Assembly (NCBI GenBank): GCA_030704615.1
Contig: CM060732.1
Span: forward strand, 25,606,001-25,670,000
Reading direction: 5' to 3'
DNA from: Takakia lepidozioides
Lineage: Eukaryota; Plantae; Bryophyta
DNA: 64,000 nt
This document shows, one piece after another, positions 12,990-25,521 of the stretch (position 1 is its first letter; every line of letters begins with the position of its first letter). The position numbers were made by a program, and so were the translations under genes. Below the pieces are notes generated by a model, which was given only the letters and a program-made list of their open reading frames with translations, searched no databases and was not told the DNA's origin.

Positions 12990-13134
12990 GACCTAACACG
13001 AGAGAGAGGTAAAGTACCGTATTGTGACCCACTGTAACCTCCGGAAGAGTTACACTCCCAACCCTTGGAAAGACTTGAAAAAAAAAACCCTACAAACGTA
13101 AAGCCATATGTCCCCACCCCACAAAAAAAACAAA

Positions 13135-13250
13135 ACCCTAAAAACAAAACTATATTGCAGCTAATCCTAAACTAACTATATTATAACTAACCCTAAACTA
13201 AACTATGAAACTAAACCCTAAACTAAACTATGTAACCCTTAAAACCCTAA
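13135..13250. repeat. Telo-box/telomere-like AAACCCTA(AA) cluster upstream of CACTA gene 1
   Basis: Several ccctaaa/aaacccta motifs within about 120 bp. Confidence 0.5.
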
Positions 13251-14159
13251 GAGCCAAAGACCCAAAAACCCAAATGATCCTTGCAAAACCCCATAACCCA
13301 AAAGACCAAAAAAATAAAATAAAAAATGAGAGGCCTCTTCAACTCACCTCTGCGCCAGATCTGCGACTGCCGTGCGACGTCCCCCTGAGGCAGCGACGCT
13401 CGTGCGATTCCCCAACGTCGCAGTGGATCCTCCTCCTGCCAAGGTGGCCGCCCTTCTCTCCCCTTCTCTCTCCCCTTCGCGAAGGCGCCTGATCGCCGCC
13501 GAGGTTTTCCGGTGGGGTCGCCACACTGGCGCGCCACGGCTGCACCGACCACCTCTCACTCCGCCTCTCAATCTCTCTATCAGATCTCTCTCTCCCTCAC
13601 CCTCCTCCTCTCACTCTTCCTCCCTCCCCTCCCTCCATCCCTAAATTGTTTTTTTTGGCTCTCGAGCTCTCCCGGGAGCAACTACCCCCGCGCGCCGGAC
13701 CGTTTTCCGGCGGCGGTGACGCAACACTGACGCGCCACGACGTTCAAACCCACGCGCGCCCTCTCTCTCACTCTCCCTCTCGCCCTAATCCCTCTCCCTC
13801 ACTCTCTCTCTCCCTCTTCTATGTCGTTTTGTTTTTTTTTGTTGTTTGAGCGAGCTGGGAGCGTGCCCCTATGACCTGCTGGTGGAGCGTCAGCCGAACG
13901 CCAGCGCCGCAGGAGGGACCGCCAACGTGAAGGAGCTGCCGCATGAGGGAGCTGCCCTCCCTCCTTCTCTCTCTCTCTCATTCTCCCTCTTAGCTCTCAC
14001 TCTCCCTCTCGCCCTTATCTCTCTCCCTCCCCCTCTCTCTCTCTCCCTCTTCTCCCATTTTTTTTTGGTTGTTTGAGCGAGGGAGTGTGCCCACGCGACC
14101 TGGTGGCGGAGCGCCAGCGGAACGCCAGCGTGAAGGAGCTGCTGCGTGAGGCGTCCAAC

Positions 14160-14303
14160 TGCAGGTAAGCAACCATGCATTTCTGATCTTCATAGTGAGA
14201 GATTTTAGTGAGAGTTTGGGTTCCACGGAGTAGACATTGGAATCCCCACGGATCTCATAGTATATAGGACAATAGATGAAGTGTTCTTCAGTTTCAATTT
14301 CAT
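14160..14303 (-). mobile_element. LINE ORF2 C-terminal zinc-finger fragment inside the CACTA
   Basis: Reads HEIETEEHFIYCPIYYEIRG, a typical LINE ORF2 C-terminal ExxxH..CP.Y motif. Confidence 0.5.
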
Positions 14304-14633
14304 GGAGAGAGAGGGAGAGAGAGAAAGAGAGGGAGAGATTTCCCATTTTTTTTGGGGACCTGCACAAAGGAGAAGGAGAGAGAGGGAGAGGGACAGACAG
14401 GAGAGAGGGAGGGAGGGGGATAGAGGGGGCTAGGAAAATAAAAAAAGAAGTAGGGGGGGGGGGAGGGGGGGTGACTGAGCAGCAGCAGCTCAGCCCCTCT
14501 CTGGTTTTTTTTCTTTTGTGAGCAGCAGAGGGATGGGGACAGGTGGGGGGGGGGGGGGGGGAAGGGAGTGACTGAGCAGCTGCTGCTCAGTCACTCCCCC
14601 TCCCCACCTTCATTTTAAATTTTTTTCCCTCAA

Positions 14634-14666
<33 letters not shown>

Positions 14667-14890
14667 CATCCTGATGGGACAGAGGGAGAGAGAGGGAGAG
14701 ATGAGGGAAAATAAAATAAAAAAAAGGTGGGGGGGGGGGGGGGGGGTGACTGAGCAGCTGCTGCTCAGATGCTGGTGCTGCTCAGTCACTCCCCCCCCCA
14801 CCTTCTTTTTTAGTTTTTTTTTTCCCTCCTCACTCCTTCTTTCTCCCTCTCTCTCCACATCTTCATGGGACAGAGGGAGAGATGAGGGAA
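14300..14890. repeat. GA/CT-rich low-complexity tract with G-runs and GTGACTGAGCAGC hairpin repeats; related copy at 16750-17270
   Basis: Perfect 17+1+17 palindrome at 14564-14598. (CT)n at 14635-14663. The block 14845-14890 is repeated at 16820-16863. Confidence 0.7.
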
Positions 14891-17345
14891 GATATACATG
14901 TCATGTCAAGACATGGACAAGACCACTAAGGTCATTGTCATTGAAAGACAATGCAGCCCTTTACAGGGCACCATCTAACAACCCCTTTTACCATCTCATT
15001 TGAATATCTCGTTACTTTTCAGGGTATCTGAAAAAACAGGGTGGGAGGGCGGGATTCTTGTCATTCATATCCTGAAAGCACCATGAGTTGACATAAAACA
15101 TTCATCATCATACTTTAGATTGTAATCTCATTTCAATAACCAGATTGCAGGTCTGGAGATAAATCTCCAGAGTCAAGCACATAGTACTTTAAATTGAAAT
15201 TGAAACAGCAAGACATATATGTCTTAAGCATATTCCAGCCAACCCATACTGGTAAATCTGGATCTGGTATTTCTATTGCATGCTAGCAGAGATGCAAAGC
15301 AAGAACAATATAGGGAATAGGTTAAGAGACCATATAGAGCTTACCAATTTTTGTCCCAAAAGAACATTTGGGGTATTTTAGAAAACAGTTTGTAGTCTAA
15401 AAAGAGCCCAACAAGGTGATGCATGGTAGTCTATAAATAACCACAATGTCTGTTTTACAAGACATAAGACATAAGCAGGATTCATAAAAACAGGGCCGAG
15501 TCTTTTTAAGTAGTTACAAGTCTGGAGTGGTATTCCAGGGCCTTACAAACAGCTCTGCAAGGGTAGAAAAGAATTCAAAAACCCTGTTTGCAGTCCAACA
15601 TATGAAATCAAATTGAAATGAAGGCCTAGCAGAATGTGTGTTGTCTACTAAGGCACAACAGTCCGTCATAAAAACCAGCCAAGAGGTTTAATTCTAGAGT
15701 CAAATTTCAGTGCAGCCAAGGTACTAACTGCAACATTATATCCGCATTGAAACATGGAAAAGAACCAATAAATGAAATGGTAGATTTGTATTCCATGAAG
15801 TCTCATGTCTGCCCTACCTCCTGCCATGTAGATATGGTTGCAAGAAACCAAAAATAGGTTAAGGAGCAGAAGTAGATCCTCATTGGAGCCAAGTTGAAGC
15901 AGGTCTGCATTCATATGCTGGCAGTTTTGAAGCAGCAAGAGGCTCAGCAGCAGGCAACAACAGCACCCATTTTTGCAAGAATAGGAACTGCAAGCTTCAA
16001 GAAATCAAGACAAATGAAGACCCTCACCTGAGCCCGTCCCAAAAACCACCACATAAAGATGTGTGTTAGTGAGGATGCATCAGGTGAGTGGCAGGTCTTC
16101 ACAGTTGCTATCCATGTCAGTGTTGAATTCTAAAGCATGTACAGATCACAATTCAAGCAAGGGTAAAATCAAAAAACCTTGAGTGTTTGTGGTATGCCCT
16201 GCGCCATGGCGTCCAACAGATCGTCTCCAGCAGAACTCAATCAAAGTAGAAGTGTTCACAGATAGACAATAGCTCATACAAAAAGAGAGCAACATGTAAT
16301 CTGTAGATAAATAGGGATGGAGTACTTCCCAACGAGGAGTAAAAGCGCCGCTGCAAATTAAAAAGAACCATGAATTTCTGAGCAAAGCGATCATCGCTTT
16401 GTCGTCTACCAGAGAGGAATCTGCCTATCTGCCAATACACATCCCAAGAACCAGCCATCACGAGTACCATGTAGCAGCAGGGGAGCAGGTTTACACGGCG
16501 CATCATCAAGGATCACTGCAGCACGAGTTCTGTGCTGTGAAATGTGTCGGCCCGCTTAGGGCACAACTTCCCGATTTCTCATCTAGGGTGGATGAAAAGT
16601 CGCATTTTATCAGGAGATGCACTTTGTCAATGGATGACATCCCATAAAAAGGTATCTTTTTAGGGTTATGGTATAGGCTTAGGTTTAATAACTGCCATCA
16701 TTTATGATGGTAAAATTACTATCTCTTGGATTTTAGAATAGGTCACCATTATTCAGCAGCAGCTCAGTCACTCTCCCCCCCCCCCATATATATATATATT
16801 TTTTTCCCCCTAAACAGTCCCTCTCTCTCCACATCTTCATGGGACAGAGGGAGAGATGAGGGAAAAGAGGGAGAGAGAGGGACAAAGGCAGAGAGGGACA
16901 GAGGGACAGAGGGAGATGAAAAAAGGAAGAAGATGAAAAATAAAAAAAAGATGGTGGGGGGGGGGGGGGGCTGCTGCTCCGTCACTTCCCCCCCCCACCT
17001 TTTTGTTTTTTGTTTGTGGAATGGTGGGGGGTGCTGAAAGCAGCTTGCTGCTGCTGGTCTTAGCCCTGCAGCAGCAAGTACTTGCTGTTGTTGCTCTTAG
17101 TCCCCTTTTTTTTTTTTTTGGAATGGTGGGGGGCTGACAGCAGTAGCAAGTGCTGGTGCTCTCAGCACACCCCCCCCCCTCTTTTCATTTTTGCTTATCA
17201 GCAGAGAGAGAAAGGGGGAGATGGAGGAGGACATAAAGATAGAGGGAGAGGGAGAGAGGGGAAAGGGGAGGGTCACGCCTTGTTGGTTTTTGGCATGTGA
17301 AATCACACGGTAGTAGTGTTGTGGGCGCAGGGATAAGCTGGTAGT

Positions 17346-19559
17346 ATGGCAAAGGACAAGGAGAAGGGGCCGCCGAAGGATACGGAGAAGGCGCCGCCGA
17401 AGGAGCAGAAATTGCCTGCCGCTAAGGTAGGGAAGCCTGACAACGCTCCCATCATTGACGGCCGTGTGACACGGTCCACTTGGTCCAAACTCACCAGCCC
17501 TATAGGCGGCTCTGTTCGAGGACCAAGCCGTAAGGCCGTCGAGGCCTCCACGCCCTCGAAGGTTGAGGCTGGGGATGAGCCTCCACTTGAGGGTGGTGCA
17601 CCCAATGTTCAGGCTGGGACGCCACCCCACGGGCTGATGGAGGGCCCTGACCTTTACGCGGGGAAGCGCATTCTCAGATCTGCCGCTAGGTATGGGCAAC
17701 TTGATCTTAGCCCCACCGCCAATGTCTTTTCCCCTTCTTCTGTAGCCAAGAGGGCTTATAAGGGGGGGGCTCAGAAGGGGGTAGGTTCCTCCTCACCTTG
17801 GGAGAAGAGAGAGGCTTCAAAGCAGGCCGCAATGAGGTGGAAGGAGGAGGAAAGGAAGAGGGAGGAAGACAAGAAGAGGGAAGAGGGAAATAAGGGGGCA
17901 CGGGAAAGGGAGGGGGAAGAGGAGAGGGTGACACTAGCTATGGAGGGCCCCTTGCGAAGTCCGTCGCCTGAACGGTCAATGAAGAAGACCCTGGACTTTG
18001 GGGCGCCGCCTGTGAGCCTATTGGGTGCATGGGATAGGCTTCCACCCTTATTCCGAGAGGGCATTATGGGGGGTGCACCACAAGCGGGGACCGAGGGCAA
18101 CATTAAGGTCATGGATGCAAAGGTGAGCCTTTTTCCTTCACCTTTTTTTCTTTCCTTTGCCTTTCATTTTGTTTCTGGTTTGTTTCTAATTTTGTGGGTT
18201 TTGTGTTCAAGAGCTTGGCGCATTCGTGGCTAAGCTTGTGGCAAGCAGTGGGATTGCCACCGACAAAGCAGGGACAGTGGTGGTGCCTACCCGTGGGGAT
18301 GGTAAGAGGAAGAGGAAAAGACGTCGTGTCCTCGAGGTTCCCCTAATCATCAAGGAGGGTAGGGAAGTAGGGGAGGGGGGGGGAGGGAAGTAGTGGAGGG
18401 GAAGGGGAAAGGATAGGCCCAGGAGAGGGAGCGTAAGAGAAAGAGGCGTAGAAGGAGAGAGGTGCAGCCGGGGGAGGGCACTAGTGGGGGAACAAAAGAC
18501 AAGGGGGAGCTAGTTCAGATGAGCGTGCAGCCAGTGGAGGGCATTAGCGGGGCAACAAAAGACAAGGGAGAGGTAGTTCAGAAGAGCGTGGACGAGGTAA
18601 AGACCTCGGGTCCCCGCAACCTTGATTTGCCAAAGATGAAGGTGCCCCCCTTAGAGACCAATAAGGTCAGTGACCCCATTGGTGAGTATTGGGAGGCCAT
18701 GAAAAAAATAGCCTTCGACTTGGTGGCGAGGTGGTTCCCTTGGCATATTGATTGGCGAGCATTCGTGCAAGCACTTGAGGGCATATTTCCGGGTGAGTGG
18801 AATGAGGGGAAGCTCTTGGAGCTGGTGGGAAAGAACCTCAAGGACAAGAGGTACCGTGCGCGACAAACCATTCGCAAGGCACTCAAGGCGGGGGTCGAAC
18901 CAACGACCATGCCACATGGAATAACCAAGGTAAGACGCACTTCACTTGTCATTGGCGTCTTTGAATGCATGTTCATTGCGGTATAGAGTTCATTAACATT
19001 TATAGTGTCTTTGTTGGGGCTGGACAGGAATCTTGGGAGGCTCTCATCACAGGGGAGAGGGGAGAGCTGAAGGCAGAGATCTTCGTAAGGGGACGTGCGG
19101 CAACTGCAGCCCGCCTCGAGAAGTGTGCGGAATCAACACACAAGTGGGGCCCCGGCGGAAGCAAGAGTTTTGTTACCCGATTCGTAAGTGTTCTTTCTCT
19201 TGTCATACCCATTCTTTCTTCCTTCCATTATGAATTCTGACCTGTCATTGCATTTGTATGTCATGTGCAGAAAAAGAAGTTTCAGAGGCCTCCCTCTGCC
19301 ATCGAGCACAACTTTTCAGGGGTGGAAGGCCCTTGTAGCCTCAATGGCCAAGACGCCACAATTGACGGAGGATAGTGCATCTGTAGGGGTGGGGATGGGT
19401 AGTTCAGTGGCTCGGCCGGATGGGGGAGAGCCAGTAGTAGGGGGTGGTTCAAAGGATGATGTAATCTCGGACTCGGCCTCATCATCCTCCAAATTGGAGG
19501 CCCAGCGTAGCTTGCATTCCTCGGACGAGTACACCTATGATTCAGGTGATGAGGAGTGA
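17346..19559 (+). pseudogene. Second CACTA gene, TnpA/Ptta-like (Transposase_24-like), multi-exon, divergent from Tnp2
   Basis: Low-complexity N-terminus, then GKNLKDKRYRAR...PHGITK|ESWEALI...HKWGPGGSKSF. GT-AG introns start near 18123, 18930 and 19184. Frameshift in the G-run near 18380. Confidence 0.6.
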
Positions 19560-20460
19560 GGGATGGTTCCCAGTTAGAGACATGTAAAGGTAGTACTCGC
19601 TTTATGTATATATTTCTTCAGTTGCCATTTCGATCCTCATTCTAACCTTAATGGACATGTGGATTCTAATCTAACCTATAGATTAGAATGCATGCAATTC
19701 ATGCAAGCACGAGGCACACCCCAACCCCCAAGAAACCCCCCCCCCCCCAAACGAAAACAAAACCCCAAAACCCCACCCCAAATACCAGCTGGCTACCCTC
19801 CCACCCAGCGACGCCGGCGCGGCGGCCGGGGGCGACCAGCGACACTGTTGCGATTCCCAGCCGTCGCAACAGAACCAAGCCAACGTGGAGCTAGCGACGC
19901 CGCGCAGGGGCTGCGACGTCTATGCGATTCCCGAGCGTCGCTACAGAACCTCCCTACCCATGGGGGTCTAGCGACGCCCCCAGATGGCGGCGACGTCGTG
20001 GCGATTCCCGGGCGTTGCCAGTCGCCTAGGCAGAATAGACCCCATTTGCGATGTCCAGGCATCGCAGAGCGGGGGCTGTAATGTCCCAGGCTGTGACGTG
20101 CCGGCGACGCCAGCGCGTGGCTATTTCTGGGGATGGGCGACGTCCTTGCGACTGCCCCATGACGCAGGGGGAGGGATGGACCCCCCTCCCTACCCTTTGT
20201 TGCGACTCCTGGGAGTCGCCATATTGCGACGTCTTGGAGGGGCGGCGTCTTTCCACCGTCGCTGGTCGTGACTAGGTGGACCCGGGGGATTAGCGATTCC
20301 CTTAGGTCGCTAATCTGTGACGTTCTGGGAGCGACGTCGGACCGACGTGGCGGCGACTTCCCGATGTCGCAATTTCTCCCCGGCGCGCCCCGGGCGCTGT
20401 AGTGTATTTCCGTCACTAGGCGCGGCATTTGGAGGTCGCTGAGGCATCGCTACCCCCCCA

Positions 20461-22074
20461 CCGTTCTTTTCCATTCCTTCAAATAGTTGCAGGACCTCCG
20501 TATGACAACCATACTGGGCATATCCTGCGATCATCGCATTCCATGACACCACATTTCGTTCAACCATATTGTCAAATACTCCCTTTGCATTCCCACGTCC
20601 CTGCTGTGCATACCCTGCAAGCATCGCGTGCCACGACACCACATCTTGTTCAGCCATAGTGTTGAAGACTCCCACCGCATCTCAATGCACCCACATTTGG
20701 CATACATGTCCACCAGGGCAGTGTTCAGAATGACATCTTGTACAATTCCACGAGGGTATTGTTTAGGATGATATCTGGTACAATTCCAGCTTCCGCGATG
20801 CAACCATGTACCTCTTTGCCCTTTTCTAGGGCTGCCAGGCTTGCAAATGCACACAAACGTGATGTGGTTGGGCTTCACCCCTTCCCTCATCATTTGATCA
20901 TAGCTCTCCAAAGCCACCATCCCACGTCCCTGCTGTGCATACCCTGCAAGCATCACGTGCCACGACACCACATCTTGTTCAGCCAAATGTGTTGAAAACT
21001 CCCTTCGCAGCCTTGGCGTGAATCCACTAAATTGGATAATGTGAGTGTGCACCTACTTTCCAGCTTCCAGACCTTTCATTGTGATGCACTTAAGCAAGAG
21101 ACAGACAACCGTATCTGAATCTGCTGAAATGCCTTGTCCACGAGGGTATTGTTCAGAATGACATCTAGTACAATTCCAGCTTTCGCGATGCAACCATGCA
21201 CCTCTTTGCCCTTTTCAGGCTTGCAAATGCACACACATGTGATGTGGTTGGGCTTCACCCCTTCCCCCATTATTTGATCATAGGTCTCCAAAGTCACCAT
21301 CCCACGTCCATGTTGGGCATACCCTGCCAGCATCGTGTGCCACGACACCACATCTTGTTCAGCCATAGTGTTGAAAACTCCCTTCGCATCCTCAATGCAC
21401 CCACATTTGGCATACATGTCAGCAAGGCAGTGTACTTCAGAATGACATCTGGTACAATTCCAGCTTTGACGATGTCACCATGGGCCTCTTTCCCCTAGTT
21501 TTCCAGAGCTCCCAGGCTTTGCACACGCATTGCAAACACAAACAAATGTGATGTGGTTGGGCTTCACCTCTTTATGCAGCATTTGCACATAGGTCTCCAA
21601 AGCATTCCTACCACACCCATGCTTGGTAAATCCTGCCAACATTATATTCCACGTGATCAAAGATCAATTGTTGAGGCATTCGGTTGAACACTTGGTGAGC
21701 ATCCATGATGCTCCCACACTTAACACATACATGTTGACAAGGGTGTTGAGGAGAAAGACACTTGGCGTGAATCCACTTTGGATAATGTGAGTGTGCATCT
21801 GCTTTCCAGCTTCCAGACCTTTCATCTTGATGCACTTAAGTAAGAGACAGACAAACGTATCTGAATCTGCTGAAATGCCTCCTTGGTTTAAAGTCTGTAG
21901 AGCCTCTTTCAGTCTGCCTGCCTCACAAAGCATCTTCACATGCCTAGAAGTGCCAGAAGAGGCGTTGTGGACCCCTCTCTTCATTATGTTTCAGAAGCTG
22001 CGGTCATGGTTGAGATGCCTGATTTTATCAACTGCGCTACTGCAGTAGTTGCTTTTAATTGACCATCTACCCAT
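20461..22074 (-). pseudogene. 5' part of the PLS(-DYW) PPR gene disrupted by the CACTA
   Basis: Putative ATG at 22074. N-terminal LCEAGRLKEAL...ADSDTFVCLLLKC, followed by frameshifted P-L-S triplets ending at HTEVLQLFEGMEKNG at the CACTA junction. Confidence 0.88.
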
Positions 22075-22584
22075 GCATGTTTCTTGTAACTATAGATCCA
22101 CAGGGAATCATAGGTAATCTTGTGCTTGAAATCTGGCCTTCTTGGATGAATCTGGACCCACACTCTATCCCTGCTCCTTCAGCTATCACTGCTTCTGCAC
22201 AAATCATACATACTTCCTTGCCTTGCAGCTGATAATCACAGCCTAGAGTGCGCCTGTATAATGTTCTTTCATACCAAGTCAGGTCTTCATACCATTATTC
22301 ATACCCTTACTACATACCCAGGTCTGACCGCGTATCCCGGTCCAATACTGGTGTAAACTATAAACTAAAAACAAATTTAGGATTTGGTGACAAGTTTCCA
22401 TCCTTGGCCACCTCTAACACAGCACAACAACCTCATTTTCCTCCTACTGGTGCCATCTGATTTCCACATGAACAGCTACATGCACCATTGACGTTTCTCA
22501 TTGGGATGCATTTATTCATTCATAATTAATGTGCATAATAATATTTCTGAAATTTGATAGCTGATTTTGAACACCCCATCCCGG

Positions 22585-24160
22585 CGACGGATGAATTTCG
22601 GCGCCGAAATAAGGATGAACATACGCGTGAACAAAAAGAATTTCAGCCCAAAAATGAATTTCGGCGACGAAATAGGGATGAACTTACCCGTGAGCAAAAA
22701 AGAATTTCCACCGACGGATGAATTTCGGTGCCAAAATAAGGATGAACTTACCCGTGAGCAAAAAAAAATTTCCACCCGTGGATCAATTTCGGCGCCGAAG
22801 TAGGGATGAAGATACGCGTGAGTAAAACATTATTTCGACCCACGGATGATTTTCGGCGTCGAAATATGGATGAACGTAACCGTGAGCAAAAAGTTATTTT
22901 GACCTAAGGATGAATTTCGGCGCCGAAATAGGGATGAACATACCCAATATAAAGAAGGAATTTAAACCCACGGATGAATTACGGCGCCGAAATAGGGATG
23001 AACGTACCCGTGAGCAGATGGATGAATCACAATGTCGCAAAAGGGTTGAACAGGCAAGAATGCGGACGACAAGGGGATGGAACCATTGGATTGCGGCACC
23101 GTAATAGGAACGATCAGGCCCATCATGTCGAAAAAAAAACCCATACACACATACACAACCTCCTTCACTGATGAATTTCGGCGCCGAAATAGGCCAATCC
23201 TGAGGAACCACCACCCAATATATGTATATCAGCCCACGGATGAATTTCGGCACCGAAATAGTGATGAACATACCCGCGAGCAAAAAATTATTTCGACCCA
23301 TGGATGAATTTCGGCGCCGAAATAGGGATGAACATACCCAGGAGCTAAAAGTTATTTCGACCCACGGATGAATTTCGGCGCCGAAATAGGATGAACGTAC
23401 CCGCGAGCAAAACATTATTTCGACCCACGGATGAATTTCGGCGCCGAAATTGGGATGAACGTACCCGCGAGCAATACGTTATCTCGACCCACGGATGAAT
23501 TTCGACGCCATAATAGGGATGAACGTACCCGTAATCAAAATGAATTTAAACCCACGGATGAATTTCGGCGCCGAAATTTGGATGAACATACCCGTGAGCA
23601 AAAGTTATTTCGACCCACGGATGAATTTCGGCGCCGAAATTCGGATGAACGTACCCATGAGCACAAAGTTATTTTGACTTGCGGATAAATTTCGGCGCCG
23701 AAATTCGGATGAACGTACCCGTAATAAAAAAAGGAGTCGGCCCATCCGCAGAACGTGATAACCCGGCACTGTTGAAATACGGCGCCACAATAGAGTTGAA
23801 TAGGCCCATCTATAGAACGGAATAGCCCGACACAGATGAATTAATACATCATATTATGGATGAACATGTTAATCCCCATAGCGGGATAACCCGACACTGA
23901 TGAGTTGCGGCGCCGTAATAGGGATAAACGGGCCAATCCCGAGGAACGGAAAGCATTCCTGGCCTGGATGAGTTCTATTGTTGGATGAACTTCAGCGCCA
24001 TAAATTAGATGAACGGGGCTATCTTGAAGACGATAAAGAGCGCTTTGGATGATATGCGGTGTCTTTTTGGATGAATTGCGGTGCCGCAATAGGAATAAAC
24101 GGTCCTTGCCTGACACCGGTCGGCCCCTCCACTGATGAATTACGACACCGCAATATGAAT
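22585..24160. repeat. Tandem repeat (minisatellite) with a unit of about 61 bp and a central 16 bp palindrome ATTTCGGCGCCGAAAT
   Basis: Consensus cccacggatgaatttcggcgccgaaatagggatgaacatacccgtgagcaaaa.ttatttcga is repeated about 16 times up to 23720, followed by several degenerate copies. Confidence 0.92.
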
Positions 24161-25521
24161 TAACTGACCCAGATGATGGATGAACAATGACAGTGTTATA
24201 GGGATGATAAGTGACATTGCTATTTGATGACAAGTTTTATACATGGAATTTTTTCTACAAATTTGCATTTTTGTAATGGTTGTAAGACATGAAGTGCTAA
24301 TTTATGTGCCGCTGTAGTCGCTATTGCGGTGCCGAAATTGCGTACCGCGGTCAGTGAATATTGACCGTTGGGTTTCACGTCGAGGTGTCCGTGTCTTTGG
24401 ACTTACAGATTTAGGCTAAGAAATCTAAGTTCGGTAGCATATAATAGTGTCGTAATTGTAATATATCCTGGTTTCATTTGGAATTGGATGACTTATAGAC
24501 CTGGCCCAGAGTCCTCACAAGTCCTCATAATGAAATATGGGTACGAGAATTGGCCGATGAGGTTGTCATCTGAAAACTTTCCAACGAATCCTCAGACGAA
24601 GGATTAACGTCGCATTTACTATGACTTGTTCATGATAGACCTTTTGTCTGCGTAGCAGCCACTTTAATATCGGACCTATCCAATTGGGTTCAATGTCATC
24701 TTTTCTTCTCTGCATACGGGCCGGTTGCGTTGTCATTATTGGAATGTGTGTGGTCTGTGACAGGGTGACAGAGAAGCGTAAAAACGCACATGGCACATAT
24801 GTTGTGTTGTATAGAGTGCAAGAAGTGGGACTTGCACCTCTGAAGGACTTTAAAACAACCATCAATCCGGAGTTGTTAAGGAAGTCAGAGGTGAAAGTAG
24901 GCCACACCTAGTACGCCGGCTTACCTTGGACACCATGGTCGAATACATCTCTTTGGTGAGATTCAGCCATCTTTCCGGTTAGTCCCCTTGCATGTTACCG
25001 TCTTTCGACCACCTGGATCCCTAACCAATTGCTTGCATTTGCACTGCAGAGCTCCATAAAAGACAACTTGGTCTACACAAAACGAAAATCATTGAGAGTG
25101 AGATCCCCAATAAGACCCAGGCCCTCGTCCGGGATGCCATCGTCCTTGCAGGCAGCGGTCGCGGACCAAGTACAGATCCAAAGTTGTCAAGTCTATAGCG
25201 ATCCCTGACCCAAGCCTTTAAGAGACAATATTGTCAGAGATAGCAAAGCACTACTCAAAAGGAGGTTTACTATTTCATGAGGAGAAACCATGAGCCATGA
25301 GCCATGAGCCGCATGAGCGGTGAGCCAAAGTCTAAGACACGCGGTTTTCATGAGCGGACTCCTCCAAATTTGGAAATGTGGCAGATTAAAAACGTATTAA
25401 AATAATAGTTTTTTAAATTTGACCTTGCCGTTTTTAGAAGTTCCAGATCTTGTAATGCGGCGAAGATGTGTCGTCAGTAACAATTCCGCTCATGGTTTTT
25501 TAGATCTGCTCATGGAAATGA

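Larger units (their letters stand above)
3439..20460. mobile_element. CACTA (En/Spm) DNA transposon, about 17 kb, defective, right terminal inverted repeat (TIR) clipped
   Basis: Left end is CACTACTACGTTTAGGGGAGGTTAGC. Dense GCGAC/GTCGC subterminal motifs occur at 3460-3870 and 19800-20450. The right end gctaccccccca resembles the reverse complement of the left end minus about 12 terminal bp. It contains a Tnp2 transposase and a TnpA-like gene. Confidence 0.88.

Noticed and set aside
20395-20404. CGCTGTAGTG as the right CACTA terminus
   Set aside because: The flanking trinucleotides differ (AGA vs TAT). Subterminal-type sequence continues to 20460, where a better match to the left end is found.
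22585-24160. CRISPR-like array (palindromic repeat with regular spacing)
   Set aside because: The linkers are homologous to each other rather than unique spacers, there are no cas genes, and the context is eukaryotic. It is a tandem repeat.
24560-25260. Possible Ulp1-like protease remnant on minus
   Set aside because: Only a vague resemblance; no catalytic HW or QxNxxDCG motifs seen.
25271-25520. Small element with CATGAGC repeats and loose inverted ends
   Set aside because: The TIR is poor and no target duplication was found.
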